Shown: in pieces, positions 1-8,559 of the stretch
Numbering within the stretch: the stretch's first letter is position 1
Layout of the letters: the number at the start of each line of letters is the position of its first letter
Origin: a virus
Lineage: Duplodnaviria; Heunggongvirae; Uroviricota; Caudoviricetes
IMG/VR virus record: IMGVR_UViG_2671180903_000016
Coordinates: 1 to 21,640 of that record
Length of the DNA stretch: 21,640 nt
Direction: 5' to 3' (one strand)
Notes under the pieces: model-generated
What the model saw: the letters and a program-made list of their open reading frames with translations, nothing else
The model's database searches: none
What the model was told of the DNA's origin: nothing
Position numbers and translations under genes: made by a program

Positions 1-74
1 TCCGTAACGCCTCTGCCACGCGCGTAACGTGACAGGGATTAAGGGTAAACTAATTGATTTTGCAAGTTTTTATT

Positions 75-1361
75 TTACCCTGCTTTCTTATGGGGCATAC
101 ATGGGACACTTTCAGATAGTCTTTTGTTAAGGAGTTCTATCTGTTCGTGATTGTTGTCTTTCATCCATGCTCCGTAAACATTGAATACCATTTGTGCGTT
201 TGTGTGGCCCATCTGGCTTGCGATAAAACTAGGATTAGCTCCTGCGGCAAGTGACCAGCATGCATAAGTATGCCTGGATTGGTACGATTTTCTGTGTCTC
301 AGACCTGCGCGTTTTAAGATACTTGTCCATGACTCCCTGATGGAGTCAACCTTGTAGTGAGGTCCGGACAACTGCTGCTGTTTTGTTACCTGAGGACTAA
401 AAACAAAAGTGCATTTATGCACAGCAGTTCTCCCATATTCCCTCTGCTTCACCTCTACAGAATGTTGCTTTCCAAGCATGGTCATTTCCGCCTGGCTTTT
501 AAGAGCATCAATAGCTGGTTGAACCAGATGAATTGTCCTTCCGGTGCCTGCATCGGTTTTTGGTGGAGTGAATTCGCCAAGTTTTGTATAATTTCTACGG
601 ATGGTTATAGTCCTTGCTTTAAGGTCTATATCTTCCCATGCCAGCGATACCAACTCCCCGTGACGAATACCCGTGTATACAGCGAGAATCCACAGGTTTT
701 TTGTTTGTTGATGACGGCAAGCCTCAATAAAACGAATAAATTCGTCACGGGTGAGAGGATCTGGTTTTACCTTGGACTTTTTTAAGGGAGCCAGACCGTT
801 AAATGGGTTTCCTGAGGTATAACCATTATCTGTTGCAAATTGAAACATTCCAGCTATGGTTGTCATATAGTAGTTTACCGTGACCACTGAGCGCCCTTTT
901 ATGGAAGAAGTCTTTCCATTAGAAAGCTTTTGGTAACCGGTCAACAAATCTCTCCTTACGAAAAGTAAATCCTCTTTTGTTATGGATGAAACCAGTTTTT
1001 TTTCACCTAACATTGGTAACATGTTTTTAATTACTGACTGGTAACGGTTAAGTGCATTCGCACAAATCTCAATTTTCTTAAGGTCCAACCATTTTTCCGA
1101 AAGTGCCTTAACGGTTATCTCTCTTTTTCCCAGACCAAAGTGTTTCAGGTTAGGGGAATTAGGGAACTGCGCGGCGTAGTCGAAACTCCCCATTCTGATT
1201 GCAAAACAAACGGAAGTGCGAAGTTCACCAGCAATCTTCCGGTTTTTGGCTGTGTCAGGAACACCGAGGTTTTCTCTGACACGTTTGCCATTATAGTGAA
1301 ACCATATACGGAGTGATCCTCCATGGTTTTCAACGCCTGTCGGGTATGATGCGTTACTCAT
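75..1361 (-). CDS. int: Phage tyrosine integrase (428 aa)
   Basis: Full-length ORF at the prophage edge, read toward the window start; integrase-like translation; GGGAGG RBS upstream of the ATG at 1361; excisionase-like gene immediately upstream. Confidence 0.9.
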   Translation of the reverse strand: MSNASYPTGVENHGGSLRIWFHYNGKRVRENLGVPDTAKNRKIAGELRTSVCFAIRMGSFDYAAQFPNSPNLKHFGLGKREITVKALSEKWLDLKKIEICANALNRYQSVIKNMLPMLGEKKLVSSITKEDLLFVRRDLLTGYQKLSNGKTSSIKGRSVVTVNYYMTTIAGMFQFATDNGYTSGNPFNGLAPLKKSKVKPDPLTRDEFIRFIEACRHQQTKNLWILAVYTGIRHGELVSLAWEDIDLKARTITIRRNYTKLGEFTPPKTDAGTGRTIHLVQPAIDALKSQAEMTMLGKQHSVEVKQREYGRTAVHKCTFVFSPQVTKQQQLSGPHYKVDSIRESWTSILKRAGLRHRKSYQSRHTYACWSLAAGANPSFIASQMGHTNAQMVFNVYGAWMKDNNHEQIELLNKRLSESVPCMPHKKAG

Positions 1362-1394
1362 TAAACCTCCCAGACGTCCAGGAGCATTAACAGG

Positions 1395-1649
1395 TTAACC
1401 GGAACTTGCATTTTTGGCACCTGGTTGTTTCTGGTTTTCGATCCATCGCATAATTTCTTCGATGTTGTACAGGCATTCACTGTAATGCCCAGGATCACCT
1501 TCTACAGCGTAATGGCGGTATTCTTTTCCCTGCATCCATGACTTTCTTCTGGCCCGCTCGATGGTGCCGGGCTTTAGCCCTGTTGATGCAATAAGGACTC
1601 TCTCCGTACACCATTTGCTGGGGGTTATCTGATAGATGATTGTCTGCAT
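1395..1649 (-). CDS. xis: Excisionase-like protein (84 aa)
   Basis: Small basic ORF directly upstream of int on the same strand; GAGGT RBS; the call rests mainly on position and size. Confidence 0.55.
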   Translation of the reverse strand: MQTIIYQITPSKWCTERVLIASTGLKPGTIERARRKSWMQGKEYRHYAVEGDPGHYSECLYNIEEIMRWIENQKQPGAKNASSG

Positions 1650-1667
1650 GCCAACCTCATAAAACTT

Positions 1668-1802
1668 TCATCCACGGCAGTGGCACCACACGTCAAACAT
1701 TCGTTTCACAACTTCACGGCAGTAGAAGCCGTCGACATCACGGGTCAGGTCGTAGCGATTGCCGAATGTCTTGCGAACCCAGAACTCAAAAGCCGTATGC
1801 AT
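1668..1802 (-). CDS. Hypothetical small protein (44 aa, MHTAFEFWVRKTFGNRYDLTRDVDGFYCREVVKRMFDVWCHCRG)
   Basis: Not in the ORF track (under 60 aa). Hand-translated; strong RBS GGAGGTGATAC before the ATG; the start sits 3 nt after the stop of the upstream 80-aa gene. Confidence 0.35.
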   Translation of the reverse strand: MHTAFEFWVRKTFGNRYDLTRDVDGFYCREVVKRMFDVWCHCRG

Positions 1803-1805
1803 GTA

Positions 1806-2048
1806 TCACCTCCGTTGCATTGCGCGTAATTTTTTCAGGCGCATTTCCTGCTCAGTGCCCGCCAGAATTTTGCGGTACTCCTGTTGGTCAATATGTTCGA
1901 ACAGGTTGTTGAACTCACCAATGCGTACCCGTCCGGAGCGCCCGTCCATGCGTCGAAAGAACACTGAGTGCTGAGTACTGCGAGTAATCACCACAGGGTA
2001 TCCGGCTCTGTCCGTGTATATCTGACCACGTTGAATCAGAGCGAACAT
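1806..2048 (-). CDS. Hypothetical phage protein (80 aa)
   Basis: ORF in the same orientation as its neighbours in a tightly packed early-left operon; no family recognised. Confidence 0.5.
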   Translation of the reverse strand: MFALIQRGQIYTDRAGYPVVITRSTQHSVFFRRMDGRSGRVRIGEFNNLFEHIDQQEYRKILAGTEQEMRLKKLRAMQRR

Positions 2049-2052
2049 TCCT

Positions 2053-2139
2053 TTATCCCCAGCGGAAAAGCGAATACAGAATAAATGCCACCGCTATTGC
2101 AACTCCAACTGCGGTGAATGCTTCAGGCCAATTCATCAT
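2053..2139 (-). CDS. Putative small hydrophobic peptide (28 aa, MMNWPEAFTAVGVAIAVAFILYSLFRWG)
   Basis: Hand-translated; ATGA start/stop overlap with the upstream DUF551-like gene and AGGAGGTGAA RBS; one predicted TM helix. Confidence 0.3.
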   Translation of the reverse strand: MMNWPEAFTAVGVAIAVAFILYSLFRWG

Positions 2140-2726
2140 TTCACCTCCTGCGGCGGTTCTGGTAGCTGCATCCAGTGGGTTACCTCTTTGAGATACAGGT
2201 CTTCGCCATCACCGTCATCCCAAGTGGGCTTGCCATCATTAAACCAGTCGCCATATACGCCGACCTGAGTGTTGGGGATGTTTGGTGGGTAGTTGTTTTT
2301 AAAGTCAGCTGCTAACACATAGCATTGTCGCTCTCCCATTTCAGGCATTCGCTCACTACAGCTTATCCAACCATCCGGAGTTGCCGGATAGTTGCCATTC
2401 ACAAGGTCAGCTCGAACATATAGCGTGTCATCATGGTGTTGATTGTGGCTGCACCACGTTAATTCGCTTAACTCGCCATCTTCTGGCCATACTCCAGCCG
2501 TTTGCAGCCAGATATGGGCTGGCGCATCTTGGCAAGGTGTATTAACTGGCAACTTGTAAGTTTGGCTTCCAGGTTCTGCACTATCAGCCTTGCGGCGCTC
2601 CTGTAGCTCGCGCAGAGCCGCTACAACATAATGGCTATTGTGCTGGTCAGCCCACAGAATGAGCCGAATCAACGTTGCATTTGAAACGTATTCGTCTGTT
2701 AGTTTGCTATTGGTAAAAGTGGTCAT
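2136..2726 (-). CDS. DUF551-like phage protein (196 aa)
   Basis: C-terminal region (GWISCSERMPE...) resembles the DUF551 domain common in lambdoid prophages, from memory; AAGGTG RBS. Confidence 0.6.
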   Translation of the reverse strand: MTTFTNSKLTDEYVSNATLIRLILWADQHNSHYVVAALRELQERRKADSAEPGSQTYKLPVNTPCQDAPAHIWLQTAGVWPEDGELSELTWCSHNQHHDDTLYVRADLVNGNYPATPDGWISCSERMPEMGERQCYVLAADFKNNYPPNIPNTQVGVYGDWFNDGKPTWDDGDGEDLYLKEVTHWMQLPEPPQEVK

Positions 2727-2728
2727 AG

Positions 2729-2920
2729 CTATTTCACCTTAATCTCAACATTTCGCAGCTTTAGCTCTACTGGCAGGTCTGACTTTCCTGTTAATGCTAA
2801 TGCGAGATTTTCTGGAGTAATGAGAGCAGTTATTGTTTTCCCCATCGCCAGACGAATAATCATTCGTATTTCGCGATCGTCACATGCTCCTGGTCGAACA
2901 ATTGATATTTGTCCGTTCAT
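2729..2920 (-). CDS. Hypothetical phage protein (63 aa)
   Basis: ORF with AAAGGAGAG RBS, 1 nt after the stop of the upstream gene. Confidence 0.5.
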   Translation of the reverse strand: MNGQISIVRPGACDDREIRMIIRLAMGKTITALITPENLALALTGKSDLPVELKLRNVEIKVK

Positions 2921-2921
2921 C

Positions 2922-3521
2922 TCACTCTCCTTTGATGCGAATGCCAGCGACGCGTAATGCGTGTTCTAGGTCAATCAGGTAAAGCCAACTGCCATTTTCT
3001 TTAGGTATCATGACTTGTCGCTCATCTGCATTTATCGGGTGTCCATATCGAAGGTCGTAGCGAGTCGGTAATTGAACTTCCCGCGCTTCCAGTTCAGCAA
3101 TACGCTTGCACCCATCAGAGATAACTCCCTCGTAATACTCGCGCTGCTCGTTGAGTTTTGATTTTGCTGCTTCAAGCTCAACGAGCAGCTTTCCAACCGT
3201 AAGCGCAATATCCTCGTTCTCCTGGTCGCGGCGTTTGATGTATTGCTGGTTTCTTTCCTGTTCATCCAGCAGTGCCAGCACGGTAGCCGGGTTAGCCTCT
3301 GCTATGAATTCAGCGTTTGCATAAGCCTGAGCATCTGATTCAATCAGGCAGTTAACATGACATTCCGCAATCACGCCACCGGGTTCTCCTTTCCATTTTT
3401 GGCAAACAAAAACTCCTGTTAAATTGCCGTGCTGGTTAACAGATGTATGCCCTACGATGTAGCTTCCTTTAGTTGCTTTCTCTGCCTTTTCACGCAGTGC
3501 CTGATAATTAATTTCGCTCAC
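2922..3521 (-). CDS. Ead/Ea22-like protein (199 aa)
   Basis: Position and composition resemble Ea22-family early-left proteins; apparent GTG start overlapping the TraR-like stop (GTGA). Confidence 0.55.
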   Translation of the reverse strand: MSEINYQALREKAEKATKGSYIVGHTSVNQHGNLTGVFVCQKWKGEPGGVIAECHVNCLIESDAQAYANAEFIAEANPATVLALLDEQERNQQYIKRRDQENEDIALTVGKLLVELEAAKSKLNEQREYYEGVISDGCKRIAELEAREVQLPTRYDLRYGHPINADERQVMIPKENGSWLYLIDLEHALRVAGIRIKGE

Positions 3522-3739
3522 TTCGAACCTCTCTGTTTACTGATAAGCTCCAGATCCTCCTGGCAACTTGCACAAGTCCGACAACCCTGAACGGCCAGGC
3601 GTCTTCGTTCATCTATCGGATCGCCACACTCACAACAATGAGTGGCAGATATAGCCTGGTGGTTCAGGCGGCGCATTTTTATTGCTGTGTTGCGCTGTAA
3701 TTCTTCAATTTCTGATGCTGAATCAATGATGTCTGCCAT
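3518..3739 (-). CDS. TraR/DksA-family C4 zinc-finger protein (73 aa)
   Basis: Four-Cys motif CxxC...17 residues...CxxC (CCECG ... CRTCASC) in a 73-aa protein, typical of phage TraR-like proteins. Confidence 0.7.
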   Translation of the reverse strand: MADIIDSASEIEELQRNTAIKMRRLNHQAISATHCCECGDPIDERRRLAVQGCRTCASCQEDLELISKQRGSK

Positions 3740-3837
3740 CTTTCATTAATCCCTGAATTGTTGGTTAATACGCTTGAGGGTGAATGCGAATAATAAAAAA
3801 GGAGCCTGTAGCTCCATGATGATTTTGTTTTTCATGC

Positions 3838-4053
3838 TCACCGTTCCTTAAAGACGCCGTTTAACATGCCGATCGCCAGGCTTAAATGAGTCGGTGTGAA
3901 TCCCATCAGCGTTACCGTTTCGCGGTGCTTCTTCAGTACGCTACGGCAAATGTCATCGACGTTTTTATCCGGAAACTGCTGTCTGGCTTTTTTGATTTCA
4001 GAATTAGCCTGACGGGCAATACTGCGAAGGGCGTTTTCTTGCTGAGGTGTCAT
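3838..4053 (-). CDS. Hypothetical phage protein, lambda orf61-like (71 aa from the internal ATG; track ORF extends to 4119)
   Basis: The ATG at 4053 forms an ATGA overlap with the stop of the upstream tiny ORF. The longer start at 4119 lacks an RBS and overlaps that tiny ORF in another frame. Confidence 0.45.
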   Translation of the reverse strand: MTPQQENALRSIARQANSEIKKARQQFPDKNVDDICRSVLKKHRETVTLMGFTPTHLSLAIGMLNGVFKER

Positions 4054-4133
4054 TGAACAAGTCCCATGTCGGCAAGCATAAGCACACAGAATATGAAGCC
4101 CGCTGCCAGAAAAATGCATTCAGTGGTTGTCAT
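4050..4133 (-). CDS. Putative small membrane peptide (27 aa, MTTTECIFLAAGFIFCVLMLADMGLVQ)
   Basis: Hand-translated; ATGA overlaps at both ends (with the 4130..4321 gene and the 3838..4053 gene); one hydrophobic helix. Confidence 0.3.
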   Translation of the reverse strand: MTTTECIFLAAGFIFCVLMLADMGLVQ

Positions 4134-4321
4134 ACCTGGTCTCTCTCATCTGCTTCTGCTTTCGCCACCATCATTTCCAGCTTTTGTGAAAGGGATGCGG
4201 CTAACGTATGAAATTCTTCGTCTGTTTCTACTGGTATTGGCACAAACCTGACTCCAATTTGAGCAAGGCTATGTGCAATCTCAATGCTCGTTCTTAACTC
4301 AACAGGAGATGCTTTGTGCAT
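4130..4321 (-). CDS. Lambda orf63-like small protein (63 aa)
   Basis: GAGGGG RBS; position to the left of exo matches the lambda orf63/orf60a arrangement, including overlap with the next gene. Confidence 0.6.
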   Translation of the reverse strand: MHKASPVELRTSIEIAHSLAQIGVRFVPIPVETDEEFHTLAASLSQKLEMMVAKAEADERDQV

Positions 4322-4482
4322 ACAGCCCCTCGTTTATTATTTATCTCCTCAGCCAGCCGCTGGGCTTTCAGCGGATTTCGGATAACAGAAAGGCCGGGAA
4401 ATACCCAGCCTCGCTTTGTAACGGAGTAGACGAAAGTGATCGCGCCTACCCGGATATTATCGTGAGGATGCTTCATCGCCAT
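4294..4482 (-). CDS. Lambda orf60a-like small protein (62 aa)
   Basis: Starts just after the exo stop and overlaps the downstream gene by 28 nt, as in lambda. Confidence 0.6.
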   Translation of the reverse strand: MAMKHPHDNIRVGAITFVYSVTKRGWVFPGLSVIRNPLKAQRLAEEINNKRGAVCTKHLLLS

Positions 4483-5153
4483 TGCTCCCCAAATACAAAA
4501 CCAATTTCAGCCAGTGCCTCGTCCATTTTTTCGATGAACTCCGGCACCATCTCGTCAAAACCAGCCATGTATTTTTCATCCCGCTCGACCACGACATAAT
4601 GCAGGCCTTCACGCTTCATGCGCGGGTCATAGTTGGCAAAGTACCAGGCATCTTTTCGAGTCACCCACATGCTGAATTGCACCTGGGCCATGTAAGCTGA
4701 TTTTATGGCCTCGAAACCACCGAGCCGGAATTTCATGAAATCCCGGGAGGTAAACGGACATTTCAGCTCAAGGCCGTTGCCGTCACTGCATAATCCATCC
4801 GGAGAGCAGGCGGTACGCATACTTTCGTCGCGATAGATGATCGGGGATTCAGTAACATTCACGCCGGAAGTAAACTCAAACAGGACTCTGGCGTCGTTCT
4901 CGTACTGTTTTCCCCATGCCAGGGCTTTGGCGTTAACTTCCGGGACCACACCCGTGCAGACCTCAGCCAGCAGGGTGTGGAAGTAGGACATTTTCATGTC
5001 AGGCCATTTCTTTCCGGAGCGGGGTTTGGCTATCACGTTGTGAACTTCTGAAGCTGTGATGACCCCGAGCCGTAATTTTTGCCATGCATAATCTCCCTGC
5101 TCGACACCTCTCACGTCGATCCCGGTACGTTGTAGGATAATTTCTGGTGTCAT
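4473..5153 (-). CDS. exo: Lambda exonuclease (Red alpha), 226 aa
   Basis: Translation is near-identical to lambda Exo as recalled ([21 protein letters not shown]...GEQWR); same length. Confidence 0.95.
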   Translation of the reverse strand: MTPEIILQRTGIDVRGVEQGDYAWQKLRLGVITASEVHNVIAKPRSGKKWPDMKMSYFHTLLAEVCTGVVPEVNAKALAWGKQYENDARVLFEFTSGVNVTESPIIYRDESMRTACSPDGLCSDGNGLELKCPFTSRDFMKFRLGGFEAIKSAYMAQVQFSMWVTRKDAWYFANYDPRMKREGLHYVVVERDEKYMAGFDEMVPEFIEKMDEALAEIGFVFGEQWR

Positions 5154-5935
5154 GCTGCCACCTTCTGCTCCGTGGCTTTCTGTTTCAGGAATCCAAGAAC
5201 CTTCTCTGCTTCGGCCTGGGACAGTTCTGACGACGCTCGAATGTAGCGGCGAAATATCTGGGAACAGAGCGGCAAGAGGTCGTCATCCCACGTTTTTTCC
5301 ATGGAAGTAAGAAGGGCGTTAATTTCCGACATGGTCTCTTCGTTAACCGGGGTGATGTCGCGTTCCGGCTGACGTTCTGTAGTATATGCGGTATTTTCGA
5401 CAATGCGCTCGGCTTCATCCTTGTCATAGATACCAGCAAATCCGAAGGCGAGACGGGCACACTGAATCATGGCTTTATGCCGTAACATCCGTTTGGGATG
5501 CGACTGCCACGGTCCGGTGATTTCTCTGCCTTCGCGGGTTTTGAATGGTTCGCGGCGGCATTCATCCATCCATTCGGTAACGCAGATCGGATGATTACGG
5601 TCCTTGCGGTAAATCCGGCATGTACAGGATTCATTGTCCTGCTCAAAGTCCATGCCATCAAACTGCTGGTTTTCATTGATGATGCGGGACCAGCCATCAA
5701 CGCCCACCACCGGAACGATGCCGTTCTGCTTATCAGGGAAGGCGTAAATTTCTTTCGTCCACGGATTAAGGCCGTACTGGTTGGCGACGATCAACAATAC
5801 GATGAACTGCGCATCGCTGGCATCGCCTTTAAATGCCGTCTGGCGAAGAGTGGTGATCAGTTCCTGTGGGTCGACAGAATCCATGCCGACACGTTCAGCC
5901 AGCTTCCCTGCCAGCGTTGCGAGTGCTGTACTCAT
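5150..5935 (-). CDS. bet: Lambda Bet (Red beta) single-strand annealing protein, 261 aa
   Basis: Translation near-identical to lambda Bet as recalled ([45 protein letters not shown]...); ATGA overlap with exo. Confidence 0.95.
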   Translation of the reverse strand: MSTALATLAGKLAERVGMDSVDPQELITTLRQTAFKGDASDAQFIVLLIVANQYGLNPWTKEIYAFPDKQNGIVPVVGVDGWSRIINENQQFDGMDFEQDNESCTCRIYRKDRNHPICVTEWMDECRREPFKTREGREITGPWQSHPKRMLRHKAMIQCARLAFGFAGIYDKDEAERIVENTAYTTERQPERDITPVNEETMSEINALLTSMEKTWDDDLLPLCSQIFRRYIRASSELSQAEAEKVLGFLKQKATEQKVAA

Positions 5936-5940
5936 CCGTT

Positions 5941-6237
5941 TTATACCTCTGAATCAATATCAACCTGATGGTGAGCAATGGTTTCAACCATGTACCGGAT
6001 GTGTTCTGCCATGCGCTCCTGAAACTCAACATCGTCATCAAACGCACGGATAATGGCTTTTTTGCTGGCCCCGTGGCGTTGCAAATGATCGATGCATAGC
6101 GATTCAAACAGGTGCTGGGGCAGGCCTTTTTCCATGTCGTCTGCCAGTTCTGCCTCTTTCTCTTCACGGGCGATCTGCTGGTAGTGACGCGCCCAGCTCT
6201 GAGCCTCAAGACGATCCTGAATGTAATAAGCGTTCAT
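5941..6237 (-). CDS. gam: Gam (short 98-aa form), RecBCD inhibitor
   Basis: [21 protein letters not shown]... matches lambda Gam from its internal Met; the upstream long-form start is out of frame here. Confidence 0.9.
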   Translation of the reverse strand: MNAYYIQDRLEAQSWARHYQQIAREEKEAELADDMEKGLPQHLFESLCIDHLQRHGASKKAIIRAFDDDVEFQERMAEHIRYMVETIAHHQVDIDSEV

Positions 6238-6312
6238 GGCTGAACTCCTGAAAATGGCTGTGAAAATATCGCCCGCGAAATGCCAGGCTGATTAGGAAAA
6301 CAGGAAATGGGG

Positions 6313-6456
6313 TTAGTGAATGCTTTTGCTTGATCTCAGTTTCAGCATTAATATCCATTTTTTATAAGCGTCGACGGCTTCACGAAACATCTTTTCATCG
6401 CCAATAAAAGTGGCGATAGTGAATTTAGTCTGGATAGCCATAAGTGTTTGATCCAT
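6313..6456 (-). CDS. kil: Kil, host killing/FtsZ inhibitor (47 aa)
   Basis: [47 protein letters not shown] matches lambda Kil as recalled. The track ORF (6313..6582) is an N-terminal read-through artefact. Confidence 0.85.
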   Translation of the reverse strand: MDQTLMAIQTKFTIATFIGDEKMFREAVDAYKKWILMLKLRSSKSIH

Positions 6457-6589
6457 TCTTTGGGACTCCTGGCTGATTAAGTATGTCGATAAGGCGTTTC
6501 CATCCGTCACGTAATTTACGGGTGATTCGTTCAAGTAAAGATTCGGAAGGGCAGCCAGCAACAGGCCACCCTGCAATGGCATATTGCAT
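6425..6589 (-). CDS. cIII: CIII, FtsH (HflB) inhibitor (54 aa)
   Basis: [54 protein letters not shown] matches lambda CIII; AAGGAG RBS; overlaps the kil start as in lambda. Confidence 0.85.
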   Translation of the reverse strand: MQYAIAGWPVAGCPSESLLERITRKLRDGWKRLIDILNQPGVPKNGSNTYGYPD

Positions 6590-6661
6590 GGTGTGCTCCT
6601 TATTTATACATAACGAAAAACGCCTCGAGTGAAGCGTTATTGGTATGCGGTAAAGCCGCAC

Positions 6662-7030
6662 TCAGGCGGCCTTGATAGTCATATCATCTGAATCAAATAT
6701 TCCTGATGTATCGATATCGGTAATTCTTATTCCTTCGCTACCATCCATTGAAGGCCATCCTTCCTGACCATTTCCATCATTCCAGTCGAACTCACACACA
6801 ACACCATATGCATTTAAGTCGCTTGAAATTGCTATAAGCAGAGCATGTTGCGCCAGCATGATTAATACAGCATTTAATACAGAGCCGTGTTTATTGAGTC
6901 GGTATTCAGAGTCTGACCAGAAATTATTAATCTGGTGAAGTTTTTCCTCTGTCATTACGTCATGGTCGATTTCAATTTCTATTGATGCTTTCCAGTCGTA
7001 ATCAATGATGTATTTTTTGATGTTTGACAT
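6662..7030 (-). CDS. ea10: Ea10-like protein (122 aa)
   Basis: Translation matches lambda Ea10 as recalled (MSNIKKYIIDYDWKASIEIEIDHDVMTEEK...). Confidence 0.85.
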   Translation of the reverse strand: MSNIKKYIIDYDWKASIEIEIDHDVMTEEKLHQINNFWSDSEYRLNKHGSVLNAVLIMLAQHALLIAISSDLNAYGVVCEFDWNDGNGQEGWPSMDGSEGIRITDIDTSGIFDSDDMTIKAA

Positions 7031-7049
7031 CTGTTCATATCCTCACAGA

Positions 7050-7076
7050 TAAAAAATCGCCCTCACATTGGAGGGC
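7050..7076 (-). terminator. Rho-independent terminator-like hairpin (tL-type) between the 156-aa ORF and ea10
   Basis: On the minus strand GCCCTC-caatgt-GAGGGC followed by GATTTTTTAT; expected to be read through by N-modified polymerase. Confidence 0.5.
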
Positions 7077-7180
7077 AAAGAAGATTTCCAATAATCAGAA
7101 CAAGTCGGCTCCTGTTTAGTTACGAGCGACATTGCTCCGTGTATTCACTCGTTGGAATGAATACACAGTGCTTATTCGTA

Positions 7181-7651
7181 CTAATAAAATACCCAATTTT
7201 CTGTTTCTTGGTTGTGTCCAAAGTTATATTCAATATCTGGTGTTGATGTATCAATATTCTTCATACCATCAACAAGAGTTGATACAACAGCCAAATCTTG
7301 TTTGATTCTCATTAAATGGTATTTCTTCCGGCGCAATAAACTTTCAATGGCAAGTTTCTTCGTTGGGAATGCAAAAGATCTTTCTGCATTTTTTGCTACT
7401 TTCTTAATTGCATATCTATTTCTCCTTTGTTTCCATTCCTGTAACCACTGATTTGGTGCTGGTTTAAAATTAACAATCCAATGCGCAGGAACCAACCATG
7501 CATAATGCTCTGTCTGATGAAAAGCTATATATTGAAGTGCGAATATTTTTATCCCATCTTCTTCAACTGTCGCCTGGAATCTCCAGAAAACAGGCATTCC
7601 ATCATGTTCAGTTTCTGATTCAGGAAAAGGTACGCTCCATGATTTTGTCAT
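7181..7651 (-). CDS. Hypothetical protein (156 aa) in the ral/sieB slot
   Basis: ORF with GAGGTGAG RBS, downstream of N on the pL transcript; surrounding DNA looks AT-rich by eye; no family recognised. Confidence 0.6.
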   Translation of the reverse strand: MTKSWSVPFPESETEHDGMPVFWRFQATVEEDGIKIFALQYIAFHQTEHYAWLVPAHWIVNFKPAPNQWLQEWKQRRNRYAIKKVAKNAERSFAFPTKKLAIESLLRRKKYHLMRIKQDLAVVSTLVDGMKNIDTSTPDIEYNFGHNQETENWVFY

Positions 7652-7709
7652 ATCTCACCTCAAATAAGTGGTTTGCTGCCTAATTTCATTTTCTGGCGAC
7701 CAACACAAG

Positions 7710-8093
7710 TCACCTCGCCGTCAGTTGTTTTGATTTCCGGTAGCCTGCCGCGTAAATGGCTACGTTTGGAAGACATACACCAGTTTCTGGTTGCTTATGT
7801 CCAAACTCATTCGCGTACACAATGGCCGCTCGCTCCAGATTGCGTCTGTATTCTTTCTGTTGCCAGATCACGTCCTGTGCCATGAACTTAATTGGCTTAG
7901 CGTCTTCTATGCGCTCAGGCGTTTCGTGAGTACCTTTAGCCTGAATCTGCGCTCTGCTTAGAGTAGGGCGGTGTAATACTTCTGAACTTATTGCTTCTTC
8001 GCGGGCCAGTACGCCGTTAGCTAATGCCTTTGCCTTTAAACGCTCACGACGACGAGAACGTGAATTGCCTTTGAACTGAGTTCTGCGTGTCAT
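7710..8093 (-). CDS. N: Antitermination protein N (H-19B/933W type), 127 aa
   Basis: Arginine-rich N-terminal motif (RRTQFKGNSRSRRRERLKAK); first gene downstream of the nutL-like hairpin; strong CAGGAGG RBS; resembles Stx-phage N as recalled. Confidence 0.75.
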   Translation of the reverse strand: MTRRTQFKGNSRSRRRERLKAKALANGVLAREEAISSEVLHRPTLSRAQIQAKGTHETPERIEDAKPIKFMAQDVIWQQKEYRRNLERAAIVYANEFGHKQPETGVCLPNVAIYAAGYRKSKQLTAR

Positions 8094-8258
8094 ATAGACC
8101 TCCTGATGAACTTTGGTGGTGTGGTAGGTGGGAGACCCATTTCGACCTGTTTCGGCCTACTTCAATTCGGCAATAGTCCCGCAGGCCTCGCCGCTTTACG
8201 TGCGACATATTCCCGTCCATGAACCCTTCACCACACCCCAAAGTTCACTTTGGTTATT

Positions 8259-8273
8259 GCGCTTTGTCAGCGC
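8259..8273 (-). promoter_or_regulatory. nutL boxB-like hairpin (GCGCU-GACAA-AGCGC on the leftward transcript)
   Basis: 5-bp stem with 5-nt GACAA loop about 170 nt upstream of the N start; same loop as the hairpin downstream of cro. Confidence 0.5.
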
Positions 8274-8339
8274 CGTAGATTCATATTCGAATCGTTGTAT
8301 ATTTACCGCCCTGGTGAGTAATGCGTCCTGCTGATGGGT

Positions 8340-8400
8340 GAGCTTTATCGGAATGATAAATTAATGGCAATAGCAAAATGATAAATTCTCTTGGTTTTCA
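8340..8400 (-). promoter_or_regulatory. Putative oL/pL region with two direct AATGATAAATT repeats
   Basis: AATGATAAATT at 8352-8362 and 8377-8387; the same TGATAAAT motif recurs in the cI-cro intergenic region. Confidence 0.45.
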
Positions 8401-8559
8401 AATATCGTATTGATTCTTATGGTGTTTTATTTTGTTGTAGGAATTCGACAGGATAAATAAAGAGATTTGAGGGAGATCTGGATTGCGTTGTTTAGCAAGT
8501 TGTATCTATTTATTTTTCAACAAATACAATTGGTTATGTGTTTTTAGGTGTGGGATCGT

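Noticed and set aside
357-785. 142-aa plus-strand ORF inside int (and similar antisense ORFs at 1145..1333, 5185..5460, 5467..5700, 5498..5968, 5781..6053, 5895..6209, 12229..12552, 12489..12818, 17787..18374, 20136..20637, 20809..21158)
   Set aside because: They lie entirely within, and antisense or out of frame to, well-supported genes (int, bet, gam, O, P, ninG/Q, esterase); no RBS or family signal; read as shadow ORFs.
3746-3835. 29-aa minus-strand ORF (MKNKIIMELQAPFLLFAFTLKRINQQFRD) between the orf61-like gene and the TraR-like gene
   Set aside because: Plausible spacing, but no clear RBS and only mildly hydrophobic; too weak to call without conservation data.
6313-6661. Long track ORFs for kil (89 aa) and cIII (78 aa)
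   Set aside because: The N-terminal extensions are read-through of the neighbouring gene in another frame; the recalled lambda Kil (47 aa) and CIII (54 aa) start at internal Met codons, and cIII has a good RBS there.
7140-7167. 9-bp perfect inverted repeat as a rho-independent terminator
   Set aside because: No T-run follows on either strand; kept only as a possible regulatory hairpin within the 156-aa ORF finding.
8274-8340. boxA element for nutL
   Set aside because: No convincing CGCTCTT-like motif on the leftward transcript upstream of the boxB hairpin; nutL is therefore called on the hairpin alone, at lower confidence.
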